A stretch of 63,934 bases of DNA, filler included, from Reclinomonas americana ATCC 50394 (GCA_048213135.1; 15 parts of 15 records of this genome joined end to end with filler, not necessarily neighbours in it), one strand, 5' to 3'; positions 13,601-27,819 are shown, counted from the first letter of the whole stretch. Notes: generated by a model not told the origin, from the sequence alone. Translations and numbers: made by a program.

Positions 13601-16600
13601 ACGAACGCTGCCAGTTACCAAACTCCGTCAACTCTTTCATGCGCAGGTAAATATCTCTTCATCTGCAAGTGCTGCAACTCAACTACCGGACTCTTTTCAC
13701 AACATCAAGCCACTCGCCCACTCAAGGGTCGCCCAAAAGCACGAAACTCTGCATATTGTCCTCCCCCTTCTCCCTTCCCCCAATTCCCCTCCTTCTCCCC
13801 TTCCCCCACATACCTCATGATCCACATACGGCGCCATATCCAGCAGATTCGGGAACGCCACCTCATCGTCCTTCTTCGAGCCCCAGCTATGTACAAAGTC
13901 GAACCGCTTGATGTGGAAACACAAAACCTGCGCGCCACGTTGAGTATCATCACACGCCTCCTCCATCACCAAATTCACGCCCCAAACGCACCTCCGGCAA
14001 CGAGATGAACGAGAACTTCTTCGTTGCGTTCTGCAGTTTCTTGCAGCGCTCGCAACGGTACCGATTCTCCTTCACCAGTGCGTCGGGGAGACAGAACGCG
14101 TCGAGGCACTCTTCGAGGGTGACCGAGCCGCGTGTGCGGTCGTCGCCAAAGCCGAACAGGCCTTTTACGCGCGAGAGTATGCCGCCTGAGGGGGCGGGTT
14201 CGGCTGCGCGGAGGGGGAGAAAGGGAGGTGTGAGTAGAAGGGAGGGAGGGAGGAAGGGAGAGAAGAAAGGAGAATAAGATGAGTGCAAACTCGGCTACGG
14301 CGATGAGGTGGAGTTCTACATACATGAGGGAGAGAGAGAGAGAGTGAAAGAACGAGAGAAGAAGAGAAGAATGGGAGAACGGGAACTGGATAAGTGCAAG
14401 CGTCAGCGGGCAAGGAACCAAGGCGGTGCGAATGGAACGAGAAGAAAGACGGGTTTGATGAAGGGGAGACAGAGGCGAAAACTGACAAAAGTGTCCAGTA
14501 CAAGCGGGAGCGAGAAAGAAAAAATCGACGACACCGCAAACGCAACCACACATTCACACACAGTACACACAACGAGGGAGACAGAATGGAGGAGGGAAAG
14601 AGGACGGAATGATGGCGGGCAAGGATCCGACTCAATGAGGCGAGAAGAGATGCAAAGGAAAATGGCAACAACGACTGATGGAGACGAATCGGTGAGTCAT
14701 CCAACTGAGCTGTGGATGCAAGGAGAGCATGAAGTGACAGACCGACGGAGAAAGGACAGGGAGACTCACAGCAACAACCAACAAGGAGAGGGACACTGAG
14801 AAACTATGTTTTAGTTAAAAACAATTGTCTCTATGATTGCAGTGAACGGAAGCGACGTCAACGAACAGTCGCTTTTTCTTTTTTCGTTCACCAACGTGAA
14901 CCGCATTTCAGAGAGACGCAGAAGAAATGCAGAAGACGAGAAAGAGACAAGGAATTGCCGCCATCACAAGGCAACAAACCTCCAACCTAGTTTCGGGGAG
15001 GAGGAAGCAGGAAGAAAACGAAGACACACTCTTACTCTCAAACGCATTCAGTGAGAGATACAGAGACCCTCCTTCCCCTGATCTCCCCTTCCCCCCAGTA
15101 CCCCCTTTACCTTGTCCTTTCCGCTCACCATCCACCTCCATCCGCTCCTCCCCCTCGCGATACCGCCTCGAGCGAGCAATCTCCGCGCGCTTCTCCTTGG
15201 ACGGGATCGACACGCTGACATCCATAAATCTGTCTACCGTCTTGAATTTCTGTGCCACGTTGGAGGAGTGAGCCACTTCCATCGCCACACACGTACACAT
15301 TCCATCGCAACTCCTCCACATCCACTGCAGTCGACGGTGCTCACGAGAAGGCCCTCAAAGATGTCCGAAATGGGACTGGTGAATTCTCGCACCGGTCCCG
15401 AACTGGAGCGCAAAGAGAGTGAGCATCACTGCCTTTGGAAATGCTTCGCTTGCATCCACTCACCCCGCCGATTCGTGATCCACAATGCCGTCACCGATGC
15501 GGCGCGCGCGTGTCCATCGGTACTTGGAGAGTGAGCGTGCAGGTGCCAGGACCTGGGATGGGAAGGGTTGAGGGACGGAAACAAGGGGATCAAGCCGTGA
15601 AAATGGGAGAAAGAGCGAACGACAGAGAGAGAGAGAGAGGAGGGAAAGAAAGACGATAGAGTGCACGAGAGAGAGAGAAAGAGTGTGCGTGCGAGAAAGC
15701 GAGAGAGAGAGAGAAATCGAGCGGCACAGAAAGCGAAAGACATAGTGAGCGAGTGACAGAGAGGGCGAGTGACATAGAGCACGAGTGACAGAGAGCGCGA
15801 GTGACAGAGAGGCCGACATGCAAATAGAATGAGCGGCAGAGAGAGAGAGGCAGAGAAACATACAGAGAAAGAGAGAGAGACAGAGACAGAGAGAAAGTGA
15901 CACAGAGAGAGAAACGGCGAGTGACAGATAACAAACCACAGAGAGAGAGAGAGAGAGAGCAGCATAGAGAGGAAGCAGCAACACGAAAGATCACAACTAA
16001 ATAGACATCCCCCGAACAAACACAAACCTCATCGCTCACGTGCGTGATTTCGTGCTTCAGCGCCTCGTGCAGTCGATCCAGCATCGTGCGAATAAACTCC
16101 TGCGAGTCCTGCTGCCCGTAGCCTCGAAAAGGCGGATGCAACCGCTTGATCTGCTGCACGACAGCGTCGGGCGACACGGACTTCCGATTGCCATCCCAGA
16201 TGCATTGCAGCAGTTCGCGGTGTGCCTCGGCCAGGGGAACCTCTGCTTTTCTTTGCAGGGTGCTGAGGTGGGCCTCGAAGACGTCTGCGACACGGGGGAA
16301 GGGAGTAACGAGAGGGTGAGGAAGAGAGGGCAGGGAGGGGAGAGTGGGAGAGAGAAAGAAAAAGAGAGAGACAGAGCGAGGGGAAGAAGAGCAAACAATA
16401 AAGAGGGAAAGACGGAGAGAGGAAGAGAGAGAGCGAACAATTAAGAGGGAAAGATGGAGAGAGGGAACACTAAAGAGGGAAAGATAGCGGGAAGGAGAGA
16501 AAGAAACAAAGTAAGTCAATGAATAACAGAGTATTTGCACTTGGAACTGGGGAGAATGTGCCAGAGAAGCGACGAGAAGAAAGCAGTTACGAGAGCATCA

Positions 16601-18529
16601 GTAGAAAAGAGCGCCAGAGATGGAGAAAAAAGTGGTTGAGAATGGAGAGGACGCACCATAAACAACAGCGCGCGAAACCGGCGATCACGAGGGTGAAGTA
16701 CCGCGAAAGAAGCAATCGGAGATCATTAATGGAGGAGAGTGACAGAGAAAGAGGGAGAATACAGGGCATCAGCGTGTACGAGCAAGAGAGACAGGAGAGT
16801 GTGAGACAACGGGGAGAGAGCATGAGCGAGAAATGGTAGAAAGGAACCAATCGCGAGATTATGAGTGAACAACCAACGGCGATTGAGGTCGCAACACACG
16901 TTAACAGGGAAGGAGGCGAGAGAGAGCAACAGACGCAGCCAGTCATCTCATTGCGACTCACCAGACAAGAAAATGCGCGTCATCGGCAGCGTGTGAAACA
17001 AGCACTGCAGCGCTGAGTTGAGGTAACACGTGTTACCGAGATTGGAGAGACCGCAAGTGCCACCGCGTGGTGACTGCATCAAGGCACCGCGCTCGTCGAC
17101 AGACTGCGCGATGCGATCCTGCACCTCGCTCAGCATCTGCGGGAGGGTGAGAAGAAAGAGGGGACGTGAGCGAAGTGCAAGTGCGGCAACAGACCTGGCG
17201 GAAGCGCATGGCTTGCGGTCCATTTTCGATTTCCGAGTCACACTTGTAGCACCAGATCATCTGCGAGGTGGCAGGACCATAAACTCCTTCGGTCTCTGCT
17301 GCACCCTTCTCCTTCCCCACAAACAAACCTTTGACGACAGATTCATGTTCACGCAATGCGTGTCGTCCTGAATGGTCTGCACACAGGACGCGTGGTGTTG
17401 CAAGCAGTGGCCATTGTCGTAGCGACCGCAGCCAATGAATCCGCACTGCAACACAGAGTGAGTACTCTTGCAGAATAGTCATCTCCCTTTCCATCCAAAT
17501 CACCTTCAAACACGCCCACAAATTCGGCATCACAAACTCGCACAGCGTGCATCGCAGATTCTGCGCACGCAGCGCCTGCTGCAAATCCTCACGCCCGCAC
17601 AAATCGGCGAATTCCACACCTGTCAGCGCCTCAATGTGTTCGCACGTCTCCAGCCCCGCGGCCTCGGTGGCCATCGTAGCGGCTCCGTTGCCGGCCATTT
17701 CCGTGTCAAGGGTGGTCACTGTGGCGGTGGAGGGGGAGGGAAAGTGAGTGCGTGGGGTCAAAGGGATGCTCTCGCACAGCCCAAACTCGGAGGCGAGCAA
17801 CGGGAGAGGAGAGAAAGAGAGAATCACGAGGAAGCTAGAGAGAGAGAGGAGGGGAGGGGGGGGGCGAAATGCACAATACGACTGAGAGAAGAGACGAATG
17901 AGATACAGAGGATGCCCCGGAAGCGCAAAAATCTGGCATAGAGTGAGACGGACAGGTTGTGTTTGAGAGAGAGATGAGTTTGAGGAACAGGCGTGCTTGC
18001 GAGGAACATGGATTGTGCACACAAAGGAGGAGGAAACGTGCGTGCGTGACAATACTGCGGAAGCGAGCGAGTGAGAGACGGCTTCAAGGGAGATGACAGC
18101 GACGTGAGAGAGTTATGTGCATGCCAAGAGAGTGATACGGTTGCCAAGGCGTGAGGAACCATATTCTCTCTCAGTCTCGTTGTGCATTTCTCTCCACACA
18201 AACACACACTCAAACGTATCCGTAGCTTCCTCCTGACCCTGCAGAAACCACACGTTCTATTCTTACATTATCTCATTCCTACTTCCCAGGTCCTTCATTA
18301 TTCTTCACTCGCATTCGTTCTGCAGTCTCGTACTCCCCCTCTCTCACTTCCTTCCTCTCTTCGCTTACATGCCTTCTGCAGTCTCGTGCTCTCTCTCTCT
18401 CTCTCACAAACACGCACATCCCTCACTTCCTTCAGCCCAGCGTTCGTTCTCTCTTTCTCTCTCTCCCCTGTCACACTTCCTTCCTCTCTCCTCGCTTGCG
18501 TGCCTTCAGCAATCGTGTGCTCTCTCCTA

Positions 18530-18561
<32 letters not shown>

Positions 18562-19340
18562 CACGTAGGCCCCCCTCACTTCAGCCAATCGTTCGTTCTC
18601 TCTTTCTCGCATTCTCTCTTACCCCTCTCTCACCTCCTCCCTCATTCTTCGCTTGCATGACTTCTACAGTCACGTGCTCTCTCCTACTCTCACAAACACA
18701 CACACACACACGTCCCTCATTCCCTTCAGCCCAGCGTTCGTTCTTTCTTTCCCCTGTCACACCTCTTCGTCATTCATCGCTTGCATGCCTTCAGCAATCG
18801 TGTGCTCTCATACTCTCTCTCTCTCTCACGCAAACAGTCGCATCCTCCCTTTCCCCTCTCCAACCCTTCACCCTTTCCACCCCACTCACCTCCCGACGTC
18901 CCGTGCGACTGCCCAGTCAGCGACGACGGAGTCGACGATCCCACGGACGACGACGCCGCCGATCGCGACGCCGCCACAGCCCTCTGCTGCTGTGACTGAG
19001 ACTGAGACTGCTGCTGCTGCGACTGATCACTATTCACACGCTGCGGCTTGACAGATCCCCTCGCACCCGGCGCACTGTCGATCGTCGGCTGCACACGCCG
19101 CGACGACGTGTCTCCCAGAGGCGGAAGCGCCGGCGCCCTTCCCGTTGTCCCACTCAACACTCCCTGCTGCGTAGGACGTGCTGCTGCTGTCCCGCCCACA
19201 GAAGGCTTACTCGCGCTACTGCTACTACTGCTCGCCCCCAGTGGCGTCGATTGCTGCGCGGTCCCCGGTCGATTCAATGAAGCAGTGGCCGACGCTGACG
19301 ACGGAGTCGATGTCGACCTCGCGTGGCGGCGTTCCTCAGC
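10699..19340 (-). CDS. Ubiquitin-specific protease, USP20/USP33-like (ZnF-UBP + USP catalytic + DUSP domains); 5' start uncertain
   Basis: ZnF-UBP ([35 protein letters not shown]), Cys box [18 protein letters not shown] (~17000-17050), [34 protein letters not shown], His box [25 protein letters not shown]-terminal DUSPs ([36 protein letters not shown]). A Ser/Ala-rich exon at ~18890-19340 splices in frame to ~17719. Confidence 0.9.
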
Positions 19341-20641
19341 AGACGTACACGGGCACAGACACGACAAACCGGCGCGCGCGTTTTCAACACACAGACAACA
19401 CTCTGAGAGAGAGAGAGTCAAATGTCACTTTCGTCACTAAAGTGATATCTTTTGCGCACACTTACACGCACACATGCTCTCACACACACACTGTCTCTTT
19501 CTCTCTCTTTTCTCTTTCTTGTGTGTGAGTGTCTGTGAGTGTGACATGGCATCTCTCACACAGCAAACCGTTACAAACGTCGAAGTCACTCTCTCTCACT
19601 CTCTCACACTCTCTCACTCAGTAAACGCAACGTTTGTTGTTGCTGTTTTGCTTGTTGTTTGTGGTGTGTGCGCGCACTTGGACACACTCTCACTTTCTCT
19701 CTCTCTCTCACTCACACACGCGCGCTCTCACTCTTACTCACTCACTCACACACAAAGACAGACAGATAGAGAGACGACTAATGAGAGTTCGCTTTCGTCG
19801 CGCTGCCTCTGCTCTCTCTCACACACGCACACACACTTTGCAAAACAGCGCAGTTGTCGACGTTCAGGACAACTCTCATTTTTTGCAATTCACCTCCTCG
19901 TCCACTCATGCACGTGTATAAACCAAGCGTACGCGCTCAAGAGAGAGAGAATGCGAGGGCATTGCACTGGCGCGATTTGTGTTTTTTTAGTTGTCGACGT
20001 TGTGAGCGGACACGCCGCCAACTCCCTCCGCCCTCGCTCTGCACGCGCGCGTGTCTTGCGTGTCTGTGCGTTGATGGCCGCGTGTACACCGCGCGTAGTC
20101 TCCAGTCGTGCAGGTCATCAAGGAGCCCTGCACGTCGACGTTTCGTTCGAATCCGGACAAGTGCGTTTTATCACGCACACGTGGGTGCCAGCTCGCGTTT
20201 TTCCGCATGTGAGACAGCGCATAGTCGCGCAACATAATACGCGCTGTTTCTTTGCGTGCGTGTGTGTGTGGCATGAAAGAAAAAACGCGCAGGACACGCG
20301 CAATTTTTCTGTTTTTTATTGCGAGTGAGACAGTGTGTCTCACTGCTCACAGTGTGTTGTGTGAGTGAGTGTGCGCACACACCCGCGCGCGTGCACACAC
20401 AGTGAGAGAGAGAAAGACAGAGGGAGAGATTCGAGGTGAGTGAACGTCGAGCAACGTCTCTCTCTCTCACACACAGAGAGAGACAAGTCAGAGTGTGTGT
20501 GTGTGTGTGTGTGCGTGTGTGAGAGAGAGAAAGGCAGTGCTCTTTCTTGTGTGTAAGTGTGTGGCTCTTCCTCTCACAGAGAGTGATAAATAAGAGAAAT
20601 CATAAAAAGGCGCGCTCAGAGAGAGAGAGAAAGAGAGAGAC

Positions 20642-20673
<32 letters not shown>

Positions 20674-21251
20674 CAGTTGCTCTCACTCCTCTCTCTTTGT
20701 CTCTCATACTCTCTCCCTCGTTCTCTGTCTGCCCGTCTCTCATCTCTCTTTTGTCAGTCTCCTCTCGCCCTCTTCTTATTCTTCACTGTCTGCCTCTCTC
20801 TCTCTCCCCCCCTTCTTTCCTCTCTCTCACTCCTCTTGTCCTTCCCTCTTCCTCCTCCTTCTCCCCCCTTCTCTCTCTCCTTCTCTCTCCCTCCCTATCT
20901 CTGTGTCATGTCTGTCTGTCATCTTCCTCTCGTCCTCTCTGTCTACTCCTCTCTCCACACTCTCCTTCTCTCTCCTTTCTCTCTCCTTCTCTCTCCCTCC
21001 CTATCTCTGTGTCATCTCTCTCTGTCATCTTCCTCTCGTCCTCTCTGTCTACTCCTCTCTCTCTCTCTCTACACTCTCCTTCTCTCTCTTTTCTCTCTCC
21101 ACACTCTCCTTCTCGCTTCTCATCTTCCTGTCTCCCTCCCTATTCCTCCTTCTCCTTCTCTCTCTCCTTCTCGCTCTTCTTCCCTTTTCCCCTTTCCTTA
21201 TCTCTCCTTGCTCTCACTCCTCTCTCGTTTTCTCATCATCAGGGCTCTCTC

Positions 21252-21587
21252 ATGGCCTCCTCCTCTGCGTCGTCGGCGTCGACTCTGAGCGGATTTGTGT
21301 TTCTGGGCGAGCTGGGACGCGGATCGTATGGAGTCGTGTATAAAGTGCGACGGAAAGGTGGGTGGGAAAGAGTGGCCCTGTGTCTGTCGCCTGGCATTTG
21401 GAAATGAGCGCCACTTGATCTGCAACATAGCGTCCGCAAGACAGCCAGTGTCCAACCATTCCCCTCCTTGTGTGCAGCCGATCAACGCCTGTATGTCATC
21501 AAGCAGATCAACATTGCTGGCCTCTCCGCACGAGAAAAACGCGATGCGATCAATGAGGTCAAAATTTTGGCGGCGCTCGACAGCGAG
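21252..21587 (+). CDS. NIMA-related (NEK) Ser/Thr kinase, first two exons only
   Basis: LGELGRGSYGVVYKVRRK | ADQRLYVIKQINIAGLSAREKRDAINEVKILAALDS is a typical NEK N-lobe. The remainder is lost in the gap at 22263. Confidence 0.85.
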
Positions 21588-22557
21588 GTGAGTTGTTGCC
21601 CATTTCTCTTTCCCCCTCCTTCTTGCTCTGCGTGCGTCTCTGTCTCCCTCCCTCTCTCGCTCTCTCTCTTCTCTCTCTCTCTCTCTCTCTTGCCGTGTTG
21701 CTCTATCACCAGCTGTGTGCGTCGGAGGATTTTAAGATGTGAGTCAGCCATCAAAGCGACAGTGAGGAGCAGTAGCGATTATACGCACCTGATGCAAATA
21801 TTTGGTGTAGTGGTGGCAGTGAGTTGCTGTCCTACTCTCTCGCTACGTTTCATTGTGTTTGTGTGTTCCCCTGCCTCGCTCTCTGTCTCTGTGTCGGTGC
21901 TTCTGGTTTTATTGTGCTGTATGTGCTGGTAGTGAGTTGTCGCCCTGTCTCTCTAATGCTCTCGCTACGTTTCATTGTGTTTGTGTGTTCCCCTCCCTCG
22001 CTTTCTGTCTCTGTCTCAGTGCTTGTGGTTTCTTGTGCTCCATGTGATGGCAGTCAGTTGTTGCCCCCTTTCCACTCACTCTCTCTCTCTCTCCCTCTCT
22101 AACTCTCGCTGCTTCTGCGTCAAATTTTGCTGTCCCCCCTCTCTCTCGCTCATTGCGCTTCTGTGTGCATATATGTGTCTCAGCGTCGCTCTCACTTTCC
22201 GTCGCCCTCTCCCCTTCTCTTTCATTGTCTTATGTGTTCGTCTGATTATCTCTCTGTTGGACNNNNNNNNNNNNNNNNNNNNNNNNNNNNNNNNNNNNNN
22301 NNNNNNTTAATTAATTAANNNNNNNNNNNNNNNNNNNNNNNNNNNNNNNNNNNNNNNNNNNNTTGCAACAATGCTGCTGCTTTCTTCATTCGCAAAAAAA
22401 CTGTCCTACTTGGCAGACCCGGCTAGCTCAGTTGGTCACTGAGCCGCGGTGGCTTGGCGCTCTCTCTCGCCCACCTGTGTGTGCACCACACTCGTGAGCA
22501 CTACATTGGTCACTCTTGTTTTCAAGTCACAAACCTGGAGGTGGTCGGCAACCGCAA

Positions 22558-25500
22558 CTATGTCGACAGGTGCATCAACAGCAGACTGCTCATGATCATG
22601 CACACAGGACGGGCTTCCAGTACCACTGGACCCAGACGATCCCGACGCAACCGAGGATGGCGGCGAAAGATCGGCAGGCGCCGCCGCACTAACGACTGGC
22701 TGCTGTCACACAACACCGGCTCAGCAAACCAGCCTCCGGTACAATGGATCACACACGTACGAACCACGTTCACCGCCGCATGCGCATGCTGCACTCCTGC
22801 CGATGGCGGCAGCATGAATTTGTGGTACATGGCATTCACTGCCAACAACCGCTCAGACGGGTCCTCCACCACCAGCTGGCGAAACAGATCCGCTGCCAGT
22901 CGCACATACATCGGACATTTGGCAAAGCCGTCGTCCTCGTCGTAGCCATCGTCGTCGCCGCTTCGGCTGTCCATCACCGCCTCCGCTCGCCTCCTGTCGC
23001 GATGCATGGCAGGGATCTCACGCATCATCACGCCCTGCGCCGCGGCGAGCGTATCACGTGGTTCGCCTACCCACTTTCCTCGCCCGAGTGTGCAACCCGA
23101 CAACACCTCCACCAGCAACAGACCGAGGCACCACGAGTCCGCCGCCGCCGTGTACTTCGGATTAAAGTCGGCCACATGAGTTGGAATGCACAGTTCGGGC
23201 GGCTGCGCGTGCGTGCGTGCAAAAAGCGAAGTGAGAAAGAATGCAACCGACACCCTCTCCCCTTGCATCGTGCACACGAAGAACACAAGCAGCAACATCT
23301 CACCTGATAGCCATGCGTTCCTGCTGCTCCTGACGCGATGCCCCTCTTGCCCGCAACACGAGCATGGCCAAAGTCTCCCAGCACCGCCAGCCGTTTCTCC
23401 CGACTGTAGAAGACGTTGGCAAGCCGCACATCGCCGTGCACCACCCCGCTGCGGTGCACGATCGCAAGTGCTTGAGTAACGTCAGTCATATACTGGCGCA
23501 CTTCAACCTCGTCGAATGGATCCGGCTTGTCGCTGCCGTAATAAGGCGTGGTGAATCCAAACCACTGTTGGTGCCGGCGATGCCAACCGTGCGCAAGGAC
23601 GGTGGGCAGAAGCGAAATATTGTCGCTCAACAAGTGTCGCAGCACCATGACCTCGTCTCGCGCTCTGTTCGCCGTCTCCCACTCGCTCGTCTTCACCCAC
23701 TTGGTGACCACTTGCCGCTCTGCATGATGTGGACACGCAACACAGTGCCGTGAGCATCATGAGCGAGGCAACAGGAAAATAACAGACTGACATGCTTACG
23801 ATGATTACCTCGGTCGATGACCACGTGCACCGTAGATCGTGAGTACAGAACTTCAACACCACCGCGCTCGCCATTGTCGACGAGCTCATCGCCCGGCAAT
23901 GGCAATAGAGCGTCCTCGTTCATGAAGTCGCTGACTTTCGGCTCCGGGCTCCCTTCCACAGCTCCGGCGGCGGCGCCGCTGGCTCCTGCGGCACCACTTG
24001 CTCCGAAGAAGCTTGTCTCTGACACCCCAGCAGATGTTGAACTAATCAGATCCAACGTATCCCCCTCCACCACCACCACCATGCTGCCTTCAGCGTCGGC
24101 AGTCGAGTGAACCAATTTCGCTGTGGCGAGAACGGAGCGGAAGACTCGCAGCTGCGCACCCAGCAGCGACGCCACCGAGCCAACCCCTGTGCATTATCGC
24201 CACGCATCAGCATGAATGACAGGGTTATATCGACATTATCTTGAAAATAGGCAACCAACGAAACTGCATCCACCAACACGGTTGTCTTCGAAGTCCCAAA
24301 TGCCGACGACGGTGATATTGATGCCGTCAACAACAACAGTGCCTGCGGAGGCCGGGTCATTCTTCCAACGCGGTGAGAACCGCCAGAGCGACAGCCCGAG
24401 GGGCGCCAGCAGCCAACTGAAAACCGTTGCATCCCGCATGCACGCACACTCATCAAGGCGAAGCAACTTGACCAAGCAGCAACAGCTGTTGACGGTGTTC
24501 TTCACGAAATATTCATGGAACGCAGTGGTGTTGAAAAGCCGCTGAAACGCCAAGAAATCGTAGTTGTATCTGTATATGTAGCAGCGCCGCGGTAAATCAC
24601 ACAAGGCGCCACGAATAGTGATGTGAATTTCCGCAGCGACGACAAGCGCACACGTACTTGTCTGTAAACTTGGCATAGTCAGTCTGCAACTTGGCTTCGG
24701 CACTCACATAAACTGCATCACGAATGTTGAAATCGTGAACCACCAAGTCGGCGCGAGGCGAGTTTGCACGTGCACAAACTGCAAACAAACAAGGCAGACG
24801 ATGAACTAGTGAGTGGATCGTGCAAAGCGCTGCGACAGCTCAAGATCAGATATGCGTACGTGCGTAATCCTGTTGTGCTCGGAAGTACTCCGGTGCCGAG
24901 TACATGAACGGCGTGGAAAGGAAGCTGCCAATGGACGAGACCAACGTCGCCTCGCAAAATTTTTCTACGGAATTTCAAGCGACGTGAGTCAGTGTGCATG
25001 ACGCGTCTGTCATACTAACGCACCACAATAGCCGGCTCGTGTCATGCCATTCGCATGAAAAGTTCGCAGAAGATCACTCAATCCGATTGTTGCACGCCGC
25101 AGAAAGGAGCGCGTCTCTGGATCGAGACCGGCGTCCGAGAGGACCCGAAAAATCTCAGAATCCACATCAGCCCTACAGGTGCACGGGAAATGGTGGTACA
25201 CATTGAGAAGAAAGAAGATTGGCGACTTGATACACGAAACAGCGCCCAGCGGGACAACGAAACCGCAGCAACTCGGTGTGAACAGTCGGGTCGGCCAGTC
25301 GACCGAGTTGTTTGACCAGCTCGGTCTCCGCATCAGTGAGCTCCTCCGCCCACGGAAACTCTTCGGTGTGTGCGAGCAATGTCGCTGCAACATCCAATCT
25401 CTGTTCCCGAATGCGGTCAATGGCGCAGAAGGTCGGCGCCTGGAATACATCTGCGAATTTCCATCGTGAGTTCGGAATACTGCGTACGGTGCTGCAAAAC

Positions 25501-26303
25501 AAGAGTGGCGCACCTCGCTGCAATTGTTCGCTGTACTCGACTGCAGTCGGGTCGCCGGCCTCTCCCACAAGGATACGCCATTTCAAGTGCCGATCAAATA
25601 AGCGCCTCGCATCGCTTTTTTTCCTCGTCGTCGGCATCGCCGCTCTCAGTGTTTCGCGCGCGGGGGGCGCGAGTGATGTTTCCTCAGTGACCGCAGTCAA
25701 CATGGACCGCAAGGCTTCCTCACTCAGCTCATAATCGGTCGGCAGCCTGTTCGTGAGCCAGGAGACGCATCTTGAAAATGCTGGAAATTGCAAACCAATG
25801 AGTGCAGATCAAGGGCATGAAAACATTCATCAACGGAACGCACTTTCGGTGTCCATCCACATAGGTTTTCTGGCGGTTACATGCATGAGGAGTCCACCTC
25901 CAACAACGATTCGAACGGCATTCGAGGCTGCGCGGAAGGGAGTCAGAAATGCGTGCGCCCAACTGCTGGAGTGAGCTGGTGTCCACAACTGATACATACC
26001 TCTTTCTGCGATATCTTCTGACACGCCCGCTTCGGCGAGCTTCTTGCGAATGGTCGCGGCGAAGAGAGTCGCTGCAGATGCGACCGCCAAGTGAGAAGAC
26101 ACCATTCACACAATGCATCGTGATTGGCAAACAGAATAGATGCGTACAAGACCTCTTTCAATGGCAAGAGCTTGGAGGTCTGTGACATCGACCACAGGTG
26201 CTGCAGCTGTCGCTGTTACTGATGCCGCTGCTGCTGTTGGCACTGAAACAGCGCTGGCAGAGGGAGCAGCGGCCGACCGCGCTGTGTCTGTGATGGCGGT
26301 CAT
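22558..26303 (-). CDS. Large multi-exon protein: putative PD-(D/E)xK nuclease domain + C-terminal atypical protein kinase (Crinkler/CR-effector-like)
   Basis: Kinase at ~22800-23830: VVTK, RDE, HGDVRLAN, LGDFG, GTHGYQ|PPE, ADSWCLG. RADLVVHDFNIRDAVYVSAEAK lies at 24690-24755. Upstream open exons run to ~26303, with a possible further exon from an ATG at 26774. The kinase is solid; joining all exons into one gene is inferred. Confidence 0.65.
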
Positions 26304-27184
26304 GAGTAGTAATCGCGACAAAGAAAGAGAGGGATAGTGTGAGAACGCAAAGGGAGGAGAGGGCAGAAGAGAGGAGTGAACAGGGTGAAAGGAGAGACAG
26401 AGAGAGAGAGAGAGAAAGAAGGAAAGGGAAGACGAGAGATAGGCAAAGAGGCGAGCATACGCAATGGCAAAGTGAACAGAACAGAAGAGAGAAGAGCAAA
26501 AGTAGGCACAGTGTGCGAGAAAGAGAGAGAAGAGACAACAGACGAAAGAGACAGGGAGAGAGAGATGAAGAGGCGAGCACAAGCAATGGCAAAGTGCTGC
26601 GAAGAGAGAAGAGCAAAAGTAGACACAGTGTGCGAGAGAGTGACAACAAACGAAAGAGGGATGCAGAAGGAGTGAGAGACAGAGAATGAGGCACAGCACT
26701 TTCTGTCGTCTGTTTTTACCACTCTTCTGCTGCTCACCTTGTGCAAGTTGCGCAGACTGATTTTCTCCACTCATTTTGCTGGAAGTGTAAGGTGCTTTCT
26801 CCTCGCGTGGCGGGAGAAAACGCAAAACAGGACAGCTCGATTTCCGCAACGTCGCCAGCTATCGCGTTGCGACTCGACATGCGACCACACTTCCGATTGT
26901 GATTGCCGGTGGCGGTGTGGGCGGACAATCGTAGGCCGCTGCACTGCAGCTGTCACGAATGAACCGACAGCATGTGATCGCACAAGTGCGAAGTCACATG
27001 CCCGACGTGCTGGTCATTGAAAAGGCGGTGAGAGAGAGGGAAGAGAGAGGGAAGGGAGAGGGAAGGGGGGAGGGCAGGGGGAGGGAATGGGAGAAGGAGA
27101 AGAATGAGGTGAGGAAGAATGAGCAGAAACAACTCGATGAAAACAGAGAAATGGGAGGAATGGGGAAAGGAGAGGAGTGGAGAG

Positions 27185-27280
<96 letters not shown>

Positions 27281-27380
27281 NNNNNNNNNNNNNNNNNNNN
27301 NNNNNNNNNNNNNNNNNNNNNNNNTTAATTAATTAANNNNNNNNNNNNNNNNNNNNNNNNNNNNNNNNNNNNNNNNNNNN

Positions 27381-27632
27381 TCTGTCTGCATCACACCCGA
27401 CCTTCAGCATATTGTGAGCGGCAGTCGGGACCAAACCGTACGTGTGTGGTCCACCCCGTTTGGTCTCGCTCGCCAGGAGCTCGAGTGTGCGCGCTCGGCC
27501 ATGCGCGCTGTGCAAGAGATGCAGCAAGAAGAAGACGATGAGCGTTGCTTGGTGGAGATGGCGCTGCGGTGCTTCTTGGTCGAAGAAGCGGTGGTCATTG
27601 CTCATCGCTGTTTCTCCCGTGGTGGCTTCTGA
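27381..27632 (+). CDS. WD40 family gene, cluster 1 copy 1 (3' end only)
   Basis: IVSGSRDQTVRVWSTPFGLARQELECARSAM...RCLVEMALRCFLVEEA..FSRGGF*. Confidence 0.85.
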   Translation, partial: SVCITPDLQHIVSGSRDQTVRVWSTPFGLARQELECARSAMRAVQEMQQEEDDERCLVEMALRCFLVEEAVVIAHRCFSRGGF

Positions 27633-27819
27633 CTGTGATGGTTGTTGCTCCTTGGCTCTTGTATGCTACAGCAGGGTTCCTTGATGCTTGCTAGGAACTC
27701 CCTGCAACTTCGAAGTGAAGTGTCGGAAATTCAGTGTCCGTCGACGTCTCCCTGCACTGACGCGAGCTCGATCACACACACACACACACACACACACACC
27801 TTCGTCCGCATACAACCGC

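Noticed and set aside
20547..21240. Long Leu/Ser- or Arg/Glu-rich ORFs (also 9146-9982, 10215-10617, 15426-16025, 26106-26849, 33287-33748)
   Set aside because: These are translations of CT/GA microsatellite-rich introns and intergenic DNA, which lack stops by composition.
21810..22040. Short local duplications in introns and intergenic DNA (also ~12760-12960, 18380-18830, 20890-21120, 26480-26640, 51680-51910)
   Set aside because: Degenerate slippage-type duplications in low-complexity non-coding DNA, with no spacer structure or coding signal.
22417..22447. tRNA-like 5' sequence (CCCGGCTAGCTCAGTTGGT) with a small hairpin
   Set aside because: No anticodon arm, T-loop/B-box or acceptor-stem partner follows; at most a fragment or chance match.
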